A stretch of DNA of 64,000 nucleotides, from NCBI GenBank assembly GCA_012295275.1, contig CM022665.1, positions 14,818,001-14,882,000 on the forward strand, written 5' to 3'. Source of the DNA: Chrysomallon squamiferum (Eukaryota; Animalia; Mollusca). How positions within the stretch are numbered: position 1 is the first letter of the stretch; every line of letters begins with the position of its first letter. This document shows, piece by piece, positions 1 to 12,500 of the stretch. The translations under genes were made by a program, and so were the position numbers. The notes under the pieces are model-generated. The model did no database searches. It worked only from the letters and a program-made list of their open reading frames with translations, and was not told where the DNA came from.

Positions 1-43
1 GATGAGTCTTCAGTGTTGCTTATCACCAGCAGTTTATTATATG
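1..43 (-). CDS. TEX11: TEX11 coding exon 20 (truncated by window edge)
   Basis: ttttcttcag acceptor, phase 1, AYNKLLVISNTEDS. Confidence 0.8.
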
Positions 44-3000
44 CTGAAGAAAAACAAATATGTTGTTGTTATTATTATTATTATTTGTTTACAAATGCCT
101 TACAATAACTATGTTAAAATAAATTATAACAATGTTAACAATAACTAATGAAGACACAACATCAAAAATGTCAATTAAAAAAAAGGGGTGATAATATATA
201 ATTGATGAATAAAACATTATTATAATAAAAATTTACCTGCTCTTACATGTGGAATAATTGTAGCCATTTTATTACTGAAAGGAAATAAGAGATTATTATT
301 ATGAATGTCTTTTTATAATATTTACAAAAAAATAAAATCTTAATTTAATAATTGAATTAAAACATTTCATACAAATGAAGTAATTTCATGTAACATAAAT
401 TAAATAATAATATAATTATTGGATGAACTAAATAAATATTATGAATTAATAAATCTTTATTATTTTCAGCTTATGACTAGGTTAAACTAATTAAATGCAT
501 AAACCCTGTAATTCATATTTTTTATCTATTTACTATTATTATTGTTGTAGCTGTTTACTGCAAACTAATATAGAATCTTGACTGAAACCTGAAGTTTAGC
601 TATCTTGTATTTATTTAATATTTATGGAGGTGAGTACATAAAGTCACTTGCTATTTTTCTTAGACAAAAATTGGAAAAAAATATTCTGTTTATTGGTAAA
701 ACAAAATCTTATTTTACTGTAATTTATTACAGAACAAAACAGTATAAAAGTAATATTTTGAAATGTTATAATATTTGGTAGATTTAAATAAAAAAACAAG
801 AAAAAAAAGAAGTTTTTTCAATCTAAATAATAATGGACTGTCAGTATTACTCTTCACTGTTGCATGAATCTACAGCACTGATTTTAAGTCGAACAAGACA
901 TCTCAGAGCAGTCAAAACTTGCTGATTGTTTGTGCTATGATTCACCAAAAAATCCAGTGCCATACATGCTGTATTGCTGTTGTTTTGCTGTAAATATAAA
1001 TAAATAAATAAATAAATAAATAAATGTGTGTGTGTGTGTGTGTTTGTGTGAGACAGAGAGAGAATTATTTTTATTAATTTATTACTGTATGTTCTCATTA
1101 ATAAATAATTTCTTGATAAAACTGATATAATTAGATTTCTAAAAACAAAATCAGTAGTATAAATATTATTAGCTAGCTAAATGTTGATTTATGACTAAAA
1201 TGTAATTCCTATTTGGTTTAATAATAAAAAAATAACAACAAAGAAATAAATGATGCACTTTCACAGTGTTATAATTTCTAAAAAATATAAACAGATATGT
1301 GCTGAAATCAGTAACAGACAATTTTAAATTAAGACAACAGAAATACCTCTATTCCAAGTTGTGCAGCAAGACAAATTAATCCATAATGAATAGAATCATT
1401 AGAATATTCAATATCTTTAACCCCAGATAACATGTTCTGAAGACTGGAAATTGCTGCAAGCAAATATAACAAACATTATCTTCCAAATTACTGTCTGGCA
1501 AGAAATTGTAAAATTTTTAAATATCTTAATAAAAATGATTATAATTTATAATATTCAAATTAAAAAAACTATCATTTTTATTTATTTGTAATATATTATG
1601 TAACATAATCATAGTAATTTATTTAATGAAAAAATACTCAGCATATATCCTTGCATGCATTATGCTAATTAATAAAGTAATTTTGGCTGACAAACAACAC
1701 TGTTTTATGGTATCATTTTTATTCAGATTGGCAGAAGCATATCAAAACCTATTAAATTTTATAAGATTACATATCATAATACTATCTACCAAAATTCTGT
1801 CCAAGAAACATTATTTTATTTCATATTTAATCTTACCTTTCTGGCCATCTGATTCCATTAAGGCTAGATTGTAAATGATAAAATGTGTGTGAGTATCAGA
1901 ACTGTCACACTTTAAGGCTTCACCAACAGCTTCTTTTGCCTAAAAAAAACAACAAACAATTCAGTGAGATGTTTCCAATCTGGTAAAATACTGTATATTT
2001 ATTTCTAATCTGAGTGTATCTATTAATCCAAAACACATTTTTTTGTCCTTAATTTATGTCTATGTACAATAGCAGAGAGATATTAGTTAAATGAACCAGA
2101 TTAAGTTTGATTATTCTCTATTTAATTTCAGTTAATATTATTTTTAGAAAAACAAAAGAATGATAAACCTGTGGAATCAATCCCTGCTGAAGAAAGCATG
2201 AAGCTCTGTTTCTCTGTAATTTTGCCATGTTAGTACTCAAAGACTCACTTGGAGAAAACAAACTCAATGAGTAATTATACCATTCCAAGGCACTTGTATA
2301 TTCTTTGTGCTGAAAATTTCATTTCACAAAAGTAAAACTCAGTATTAAAAAAGACTACTACATACAGTCTCCAGATAGTAGAAGATATACTTGGCAGCAA
2401 AAAACACCATTTAAACTAAGTTGTATTAACTTTACATTAGTTAATGAAGATTTTTAAAGGTATATCTGCAATACATCCTTAGAAACAGGTTACAGAACTG
2501 ACTATTCATGTCCTGCACTTGAAATTAAAGTGTTAGATATTGTTTTTATAGTTGAAGAAATTATAAGAGATATTGTAAAACAACATATGATATTAATTCC
2601 TTTATCTAAAAGCAAACTTTTTGACATAAAATAAAATATTAATGATCAATTATTTTTATAAACTTTAATGATGGAATTGCTTTTTCATCTAGAAAAAAGA
2701 ACAAACAGTAAATAATAGAAAAAGACTTAGAAGAAAAAGTTAAAAACATTTATATTCTATTTAGCCAATGGACAAATGAAACTTCTTTAGAAAAAAAATC
2801 TTAATATTCTAAAAATGAATTAGAAGCTCACAGAAAAGAAAAATTGAAATATTTTTTATTAGATAGGGATCTTGAAGGGTAGAACATGGAGAAAAACTGT
2901 CAAGGTATTTTTGTATCCTAGAAAAGATAAATTAATTGACTAAAGCATTAACTGTATTAACAGACAATGAAAATAGTGTGTTAGAAAATCAAAATCAAAA

Positions 3001-3520
3001 ATAAAATGAGAAAGAAATAACATAATATGACATTAAAGACACTGATTTGACTGATACAGATCTAGACAGAATACTTCATAACTGCAGAGTAACCAAACTA
3101 AACAATATTATGTCAGGATCACTAGAGGTAGAATTAACTTATAAAGATGTTATTAATGTTTTAACAAAAATGAATAATTTAAAGTCACTGGGAACAGATG
3201 GATATACTGTTGAATTTATCAAATTCTACTGGTCAGATATTAGCTATTTTATCATAAGAAATTTAAATCTTGGTGTATAAACTGAGAAAGTTATCAGATG
3301 CACAAAAACTGGGATCAATTACACTTATTCCAAAGAATGATAAGGCAAAAGAATATAAAGATTTGGAGAGCAATATGACTTCTAAACATTATTTACAAAT
3401 TAGTTTAAGGAGCTATTGCATAAAGAATAAAAATTGCCCTCCCCTCAGTATTACCCAGGTCAAAATGGATTTATATATGGTCAGTCAATAAGTAATAATA
3501 TTAGACTTATATATGATGTA

Positions 3521-3567
<47 letters not shown>

Positions 3568-6500
3568 GCCAGGGATGTTGTTAACTGTTGATTTTGAAGA
3601 AGCATTTAATACAATTTCATGTTCAGTAATATGGTCAGCTTACAGCAAAGCAAATTCACTGAGAGGCATAAATCCCTTTTGGAAAAATGTACTATATATA
3701 TATATGGTAAACTGCATAGAAAAATGTGAAGCTATAAGAGACAAGTGAAAACTACTGTATCTACTGATTTTGTATAACTGTCAAATTAAAATCAATAATA
3801 AATGTATTAATTATAAAAAAATGGGCAAATAAACACATTTTATTTTTCAAAGATGTTTGTTTATGCCAGCTGGCATTCATACAATGCATTTTGTTGGAAA
3901 TGGCATCATTTTAGCATATATTATAAAATAGTTTTATGTACAGACGTAGTAACATTACAAAATCCACAAAATTCCTAATTTTATAGAAGAACTTTATAAA
4001 AAGTAGAAAATACAACAAAACTTTAATTAAATATGCGAACAAACTGGTATCACATTTTTGGTATAAAGTTCAGTGATAGTTGGTGAAAAAATTTATATCT
4101 TTCCACATTCAAGTTAACCAGAACTTCAATACTTGTTATTTATATTAACAACAATTTAACTGAACATAACTAGCGATGAGGCTAAAATTTGGAAGTAAGC
4201 TGCAATGGCCAATTTAATAGGTTATATGGGAAGAGTTTGACCAAAAAAAAACAAAAAAACTTTCAAGATTGGGGTTCATACACTGAGCAATTAGGAGATT
4301 ATATTACCATTAACAGTACTGACAACAATAAAAACAGAATTTTTTTTTTTTTATTTGGAACAGAATGGCAGATCAAATACATTTAATCACTGAGTATTTT
4401 TGTCAATGTTCTTTGTTTTCAATGATTTAAGTGAATGTTCCAGCAGATGCCATGGAGAAATTCTCCTGTAGGTTGCAAAGTGTTTTCTTGCAGGTACCAA
4501 ATAGGATGATCATTCATTGAAGTGTGTATTTTGGCAGAATGGTTGTAGGGTTGAACTACCTCCCAGTGCTCTCTTTTTAAGTCAGTAATCATAGAACCTC
4601 TTGATTTATTTTAATGGATTTCCACCATAGCTTCATTATTTTACTGATTTCCACCACAGCTTTGGTTTGACAGTTATACATAAACCCTTTGAAACAGATT
4701 TTGTTACTGCCCTTACTGCTATGAATAATTTCCTCACAAAAGATGCTTTCATTACTAGAGCAAGCTGGATAATATATAGTGAAACACATATATGCTGGTG
4801 GTATGAAACCATTTTCAGTATAAATCATTTGTGAAAGGAAGCCCCTATTTAAATCTATCTAATAATTAAGTTGGGCACAGGCACCATTCTTGCACAATAT
4901 GACGCCACTTTCTTTAGGCTAACTGATCCAGGTACAAGGAACCACTCTACAAACTCACAAACTGTTTTTATATATGCAGATTGTGACTTTTTTCTGTGAT
5001 ATTTTTCTCCATACTAAATTGTGACCTTTTCCTGCCACCACAAAGTGTTCATTTCATAGACATTGCAGTAAAGGCTGTTGGTGAAGAGAAGTTAAATCAT
5101 ACAACAGAAAAACCAGAATATAAATTACTAAACCATTAAAAATTTAAAATCAACTGAACAATAAAAAATGATGCCACTATGGCAAAATGAACAAAGGATA
5201 GTAATTGCAATTCTTATGGGAAGAAAGAACATATTTCTATAATTTGATGCTGTAAAAAGACAAAGAAAGAAAAAATCAAGATACATCAACAGAAGCTGAA
5301 AAAAGTGCAATATCTGATACTGAAACTGATAAGATAGCACTGTTTTACACGCAAAAAGATAAAAGTGATGACAAATGGGTTCATTCTAATGTTAATGGTA
5401 TGGATATTCTCATGAACTGGAAATGGGTTTAGCACTATCCATAATATCTTCAGAAAATTAATAAATGTCTGTTATTTAGATGTTCCTGGTTGGAGAAAAT
5501 CAAACTTGACTGAGTGGAAATCAAGAAAGTGTCTTTATTTAATTTTTTTTATTTAAATGGTTTGACTGGAGTCAAGTGAGATCAGTTTGTAAAATTTTAT
5601 ATTATGATAACCTGGTATAATTAAAATTTTTATCATCTTGATTTTTAACTGTAACATTTATTTAAATAAAACCACCCAGAGATTATTTTATTATAATAAA
5701 CAAAGTTTCAGTTATAGGTAAAATAATGCCTTGATGGTATTTATAATGAATTTTATTTACATATTTAATAAGTGAAATTGTATTTCAATGTTAAATATAC
5801 ATTTTGAAACACTCCAGGATTAAAAAGACTGGAAAAACTGAAGATTCTATGGCCATCATGGACCTGCCAGGAGTAATAACAAGGAAGAACAGAGAGAGAG
5901 AACTCATAGCCCTCACTCACTAGATGTTGAATAAGGATTACCAGAATGATTCCTGGACCCTAGTCTATACAGATGGCTCTACTGAAAATGCTATCAAAAA
6001 TGGAGGAGGGGGATATCTTTATCAGATATATTGATGGAAGTTTCACATTCAAATCCACAGCAACTGGACATCTGTCCACAAACTTCAGAGCTGAACCCTG
6101 AGCATAATTTCCTTACAAAAGATGCTTGAAGCATCTGGAGTACTCAACTCCCAACATTGTTTTCCTTACATTTTGCAGATCTCTACTACAGAGCCTTCAG
6201 ATATATTGAGTTGAAAAGAACCTTCTGACTATTAGGAGGGAATTTAAAGATTTGTCAAAAAGAACAAATATAATCCTGCAGCAGAAGACTATACCTCTGT
6301 GGCATGCCAGATAATGAAGAAGCTGACAAACTCTAAAAAACAGGAAGCAAACTTCAGCAGATATCTCGACCCTAATCATACTCAGAGGTGAAAACTTATT
6401 ATAAAGAACTGCTCTAACACCAACTGGAAATGTAAAAAGAGAAGGTAATCTTGAATTACTGGATAGAACACAGCAAGTAATGATGTTTAAAGTGGACAAC

Positions 6501-9500
6501 AAGCATTGTTGCCTGCTTTCCTACCACTACAGACTCAGACTTGCACATACTGATGAATGTCCCTAGAGTACAACTGCCCAAAAGCCTGAAGACATTCTAC
6601 TTAAAGTATGTCCATCTTAATATGATATGGTAACAATAACTTTTTACATCATTTATATTTATATTGATGTGATGTATCAATATTAAATATGAATTAAAAA
6701 TACTTACAAAGTTACATCTGATAAAAAGAAATACATTTATATAAAAAAAAAAATATATATATATATATATTCTTTAGAATAATTCATTGTATAATTTTTA
6801 ATTTTAAGTTTTTGATTCCATCTAGCTACATTTCTAATATTTAAAATAATGTTAATATATCTAACTAATCTGGAAATGATATATCATATTTTAGCTTATA
6901 TTTTGGCATCGTAACAGCCTCAAAAGATAATTATACAATAATGCTTCCACACTTATTGCAGTTTTTAAATAAAAATCATGCTTATTACATTATAACATTT
7001 AAAATAATAATAATAATTACAAAAATAAAAAAAATAAAAAATAACTGTCAGTTCTTTTACCACTATAAATAATGTTGAGTAAGTCACAAAATACCTCAAA
7101 GCAAAGAGCTGCCTGTTCCCAGAATGCTACATGAAATTGTTTTTTTGTAGAAGCATCCAAGGGTTTGCCTGTATTGTGAGCTGTGAACAATTTTGTAATT
7201 AATTACAATGTTATTATTGATCTATTAAAACATCTGGTGATTAAACAGTCAAAAAGTTATGAACCTGAATTTTATTAATAATTGTTTCTAAACAATATCA
7301 AATTTTTCATTGTTTTTACTTCAGTTGTTTAAATATGGATTATAATGAACAGTACAAGTTTGTCACTTCTTTTACTCATTTTATTTTTATTTTTTATTTT
7401 ACTGAATCTGTCACTGATACTGTTGTTTAACAAATGTACCTGTAATGCATTCCTCTGCAAAGCATTTAGCTACATCTATATTATGGCACTGTAATAGGTT
7501 TTCCAACTGAACTACTAAGATCCTACCAAGCTCATGTGAATTCTCAAACCTCTTAACTAACTCTGAGGGAAAATCACCTGCACTGTCATATCTGAAAAGG
7601 TATGATTAGTAATGCCATTTAGGATGCAACATAGTTTTTAATAAACTGCCAGGTATTTTTCCCTTACACTATAATGATCTTATATCTGTAATTTCTTTAG
7701 AAGCACTCTTTGTATATTTATAATTTTTACCAAGCTTAATGTGATATCAGTTGAAAAACAATTTTTCTAAAAATGTATAAACAACTCACCCGTTGTAGTC
7801 TTTAAGCAGCTGCAATACACTGATACCAAGATCTATGTCTGTATCAGGGTGCTTTAGTACATCGTTCAAAACTGAAACAATTCAATATAAATACTGTTGT
7901 ACTGAAAACAAGAATTAATTTATCTTTATTTACAGTACATCAATCTCTGTTCTGATTTTAATATTTTTTAAAAAAGGAAAGTAAAAAAGAAAAAAAAAAG
8001 TTAAGAACACTGGTTTTGGGTCATTCCGTGTCAAATCACCCAAAAAAAAAAGAAATTTAAACCCGACCGTCTCAGATTTTTATAAAACTTGGTATACTTG
8101 TTGACTGGGATCCCACAGCACCAAATCTGAAATTTTAGCTCAATCAGACCAGTGGTGTGGTAGATACGGCCCACCGAATTTTGAGATTTTTGCCAAAAAT
8201 GGGTGTGACCACCAACCTTAGAACCCTCATATCTCAGGAACTACTGGGCCAATCTTCATAAAATTGGTATTGTTAGAAAGGCAAAATGACAAGGATTCCA
8301 AATCTGCCATTTTTGTTTAGTTTGGAAAATATTGGAGTACCTTGACCTTTTGACCTTTGCTATGACCTTGAAATTGACCGTGTGGATCACGTGATCTTGA
8401 GATGACCTTTATTGAAATTTAATCTCCCTCATGTTAACTAAAACATATAAAAGTTTCCTGGGTGTAATATTTTTTGTTTAGCCACAATATAGATTTTAAA
8501 AATGCACATACATGAAAATAACACGTTTTCAGCCATTAACATCTGATTGACTAAAACCTGAATGATCAATTCTGGATGCTAGGGATCACCATCTTTCTTG
8601 ATCATCAAGTAAGACATTGTAGGCCTACATGTATGCATAAAGTTCACATAAATTTGAGAGAACTAGGTGTTTCTGATGCTTAACCTTCTCACTATGTTTG
8701 TTTCAAATGCTCACTGTATCCTTCATTCCCAGACACATTCTACTGTTCTCATCACTTTCATAAAATTGGATAATTTCCTCCTTCAATTCATTGTCCTTTC
8801 AATGGTAAAGAGGGTGACAAAATCAAGATTTGCACATGCTCTGGGTAGGATTCAGACATTAAGATGTCATTTTAATGTTACTGTAGCTGATGCTAGTTTT
8901 TTTCTGTCCTTTCATTCATTTACTGGAATGTGCTAGTGAATGGAGTTTGACAGGAGTTTCGCCTAAACTCAACAGAATAGAATTCAAATCAAAGTCCTTT
9001 TCTGGGGAAACAACAACCAGCGGTTTGTCTGGCAAGTTATCACCAAATTCTCCCATTGTAATACCACCCATACTAAAGCCATCCTCTGCAGGACCTTTGA
9101 TTTCTGAAGGGTAATCAGACAGTCACAGCACCACTTGTCTCCTGGCACTAGTGTCTTTGGAGGATTTACTAAGCATTTGTAAGTGCCCATGCTAACAATT
9201 CTTAAAGATCTAGTGCGTGCTTGCTCAGGGTGGCGATTAAGGGGATCACAAAAGTTTTTCTGCAATGTTGAAAATTTGATGAAAAGTTCTTGTTCATGAT
9301 ACTCTTGATGTCCAGTGTTTTGATCCCACTTCAAAGAGTGAGGAGTTCGATTTCCTCAGTTTTCCATACACTTTCACAACAACTCCTTTTTGATATGATG
9401 GTGTTGATAACACACATTTTCAGGAGAGTTAAAGCTGCAGTTAGCCCTGGAAGAAATAAGGATTTTCGGTATTGGCCTGCACCTTCAATTCAATAGAACA

Positions 9501-12500
9501 AAGTCGGTGCTTTCCTAAATATTAAATCAAATCCTGAAACCCTTTCAGTAAAGTTAAGCAGGTCATAAAATGGCAGCAGAGTACATGTGTTTTTGCCAAA
9601 GGCCCACAAGTCTTGGGCATTTATGTCAATCTTCTCAAGTATAAATCACAGTTTATTAAGGTGAAGTAGACCTTGTTCATAGTCTGTGCCGAAGACTGGG
9701 TGTACAAATACATTATGCAGTACATCACATGATGACGTCTGATTTCAGACTGGGTTGTACTGTTGTTGACTGAAACCTTGTTCAAAACCAATGGCAAGGC
9801 CCATGTCCACATGACATGATAAAATTACTTAATAGGTTTTATGAAATAAAAATATTGTTTATATATCAACATCTGACATTGTGTCCAACTTAAAAAGCTT
9901 CAGATTGTCAAAGAAATGCAGATGAAGAAACTTCTTTGTCTTAAACTTCTAATTGCAATGTGCTCAATGGGGACTGCACCAGGGAATCTAAAGGAGTTCC
10001 TGACCTGCCTGTTAACCCTTTGAGCCTGATTGTGTAGAACATGCCATGCCATTTGGCATCTTTTCATATCCTTCAGGCATTCCTTCAGACATGTCAGGTG
10101 GGTTTTAACTCCAAAGATGAGTTTTTAGTCTCAGAGAAAATGTACATTGTAATGCACTGTATCAATCATCCATGCAGGTATGCATTTTTTAAAATCTCTG
10201 TTATGGCTAAACAAAAAATATTATACCCAGGAAACTTTTATATGTGAATTTTATGCATACATGTAGGCCTACAATGTCTTACTCAATGATCAAGAGAGAT
10301 GGTGATTCCTAGCATCAAGAATTGATCATTCAGGTTTTAGTCAATCAAATGTTAATGGCTGAAAATGTGTTATTTTCATGTATGTGCATTTTTTAAATCT
10401 ATATTGTGGCTAAACAAAAAATATTACACCCAGGAAACTTTTATATGTTTTAGTTAACATGAGGGAGATTAAATTTCAATAAAGGTTATCTCAAGATCAT
10501 GTGATCCACACGGTCAATTTCAAGGTCATAGCAAAGGTCAAAAGGTCAAGGTACTCCAATATTTTCCAAACTAAACAAAAATGGCAGATTTGGTGTCCTT
10601 GTCATTTTGCCTTTCTAACAATACCAATTTTATGAAGATTAGCCCTGTAGTTCCTGAGATATGAGGGTTCTAAGGTTGGTGGTCACACCCATTTTTGGCA
10701 AAAATCTCAAAATTCCGTGGGCCGTATCTCCCACACCACTGGTCTGATTGGGCTAATATTTCAGATTTGGTGCTGTGGGATCCCAGTCAACAAGTATACC
10801 AAGTTTCATAAAAATCTGAGACGGTCGGGTTTAAACCATTGGGTGATTTGACACGGAATGACCCTTTTTATGTACCTCAAAACAAGTAGTATTAACTTCT
10901 GATCAAGTATTTACCTGTATGAATGACTGAACCTCTTTCACCACTTGCCAAGAGAATTTTCAGTTTTAGAAAAAGACCTGCTGGGTGAATATACTCCTAA
11001 GATAAAATAAACAGATATAATAAAAATTTTCGTTTTTTTGAAATATGTTAATATATTCAAACTTTATGAATTTAAAAAAAAAAAAAAAATAGGCTAAGAG
11101 AAGTAATAAAAAAAGTTGAAATGCAAGAAAAAAAATAACATGCTGAAAAAAATGAAATTGCTTTAAGCAAACACACTATTTTTCTAGAATAATCACTATT
11201 TCAATTTGTAGAACATAAAAATAAATATACAAAACATAATAAGAAGAAATCTTTTCTTACAGTATTTGCTAAGGTCACTGCATTCAGAGCTTTATCCATA
11301 TTCTGCAGTGGATCCCATTCCAGATATGCATTGGCCAGAAGTCTTAAAGTTCTTGCCTAAAAACAATTTAAAAATATGAAAAAATTAAACATTAAGTTTA
11401 ACCAGTTATTAGTGAAAATAATTATTCAGTTTACTATCATAAAAACTAAATACTAAATCTTCCAAATCCAAATGCCTCTCCAATGCTCTTAAAAATATTA
11501 ATATCAAGTTAAATATAACCTTTGTTATTTATTAAATTAGTTAACACTACTTACACTACCCAATCCTTTTAAAAGAATAATATGTTACAGCTTAGATAAT
11601 TGGCAACTTAAATGGTTTAATCTTACATGGTTTTTAGCTCCAATATCTTGTCTTCCTTTGCCAAGATCAAAACTTTTTCTGAGCCAAGAAACGCTTTCTT
11701 CAAACAGACTTCTGTTATATGTGTCAACTCCAAAATTGTAACATAACAAGCTGAGGTATGCTCCCTAACAAACAAAATAATTTTATATGTTATTTAGAAA
11801 TGTTGAACACTAAAATAAATTCTTTCAAATTAATAAAAAAAAATTACTTAACATGAATTCAAACTGTAAAATATTTGTTTTATTAATGTTTTATTTATAA
11901 CTTGAACATAAGTAAAACAATAAATCCTGAATAATAAATGAAAGGAAAATAAAGATTAAATAAAACCTTTTGATTTTTGATTTTCAAGTAAATGGAATGG
12001 ATACTGGTATTTTTATCAAGGTATTTTTTTATATATAAAAGTAATCCACCCCACTTGAAAAAAAAAAAAAAATACAGAAAAACAAACAAATAAAGTATGA
12101 AATTATCTAGTTATATCTATCTCGGTTATATTGAAATATTAATTAACTATATTACCTCCCTTGGAAATCTCTCTACCATCTCCTCTGCTAAATGAACAGC
12201 TGCCACAGCATCTGCATTTTTAGACTGAGCAACTGCCTGAATAAACAAATAAAGTGGAGAGGAAAAGCAAACATTTTTATATTATTTGAAAATTGCACTT
12301 TGTTTCTTGATATATCATGTCATTTCAATCAAGGAAATATTTTATCTTTAACTCTTTTCTAATTTCTTACATGACTGAAACAACCAGATTCTTCATGTTC
12401 AGTATTTTAGAAGTAAATAAGTATTTAAACTGTTTGAGTAATAACTGACAACTAATATTAATATTTGACCTATAAATAAATTAATACTTAACAACTTCTG

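Noticed and set aside
8984-9334. Intact transposase in the long-TIR element
   Set aside because: Only an N-terminal-like fragment with frameshifts; no continuous DDE core in the 1.6-kb interior.
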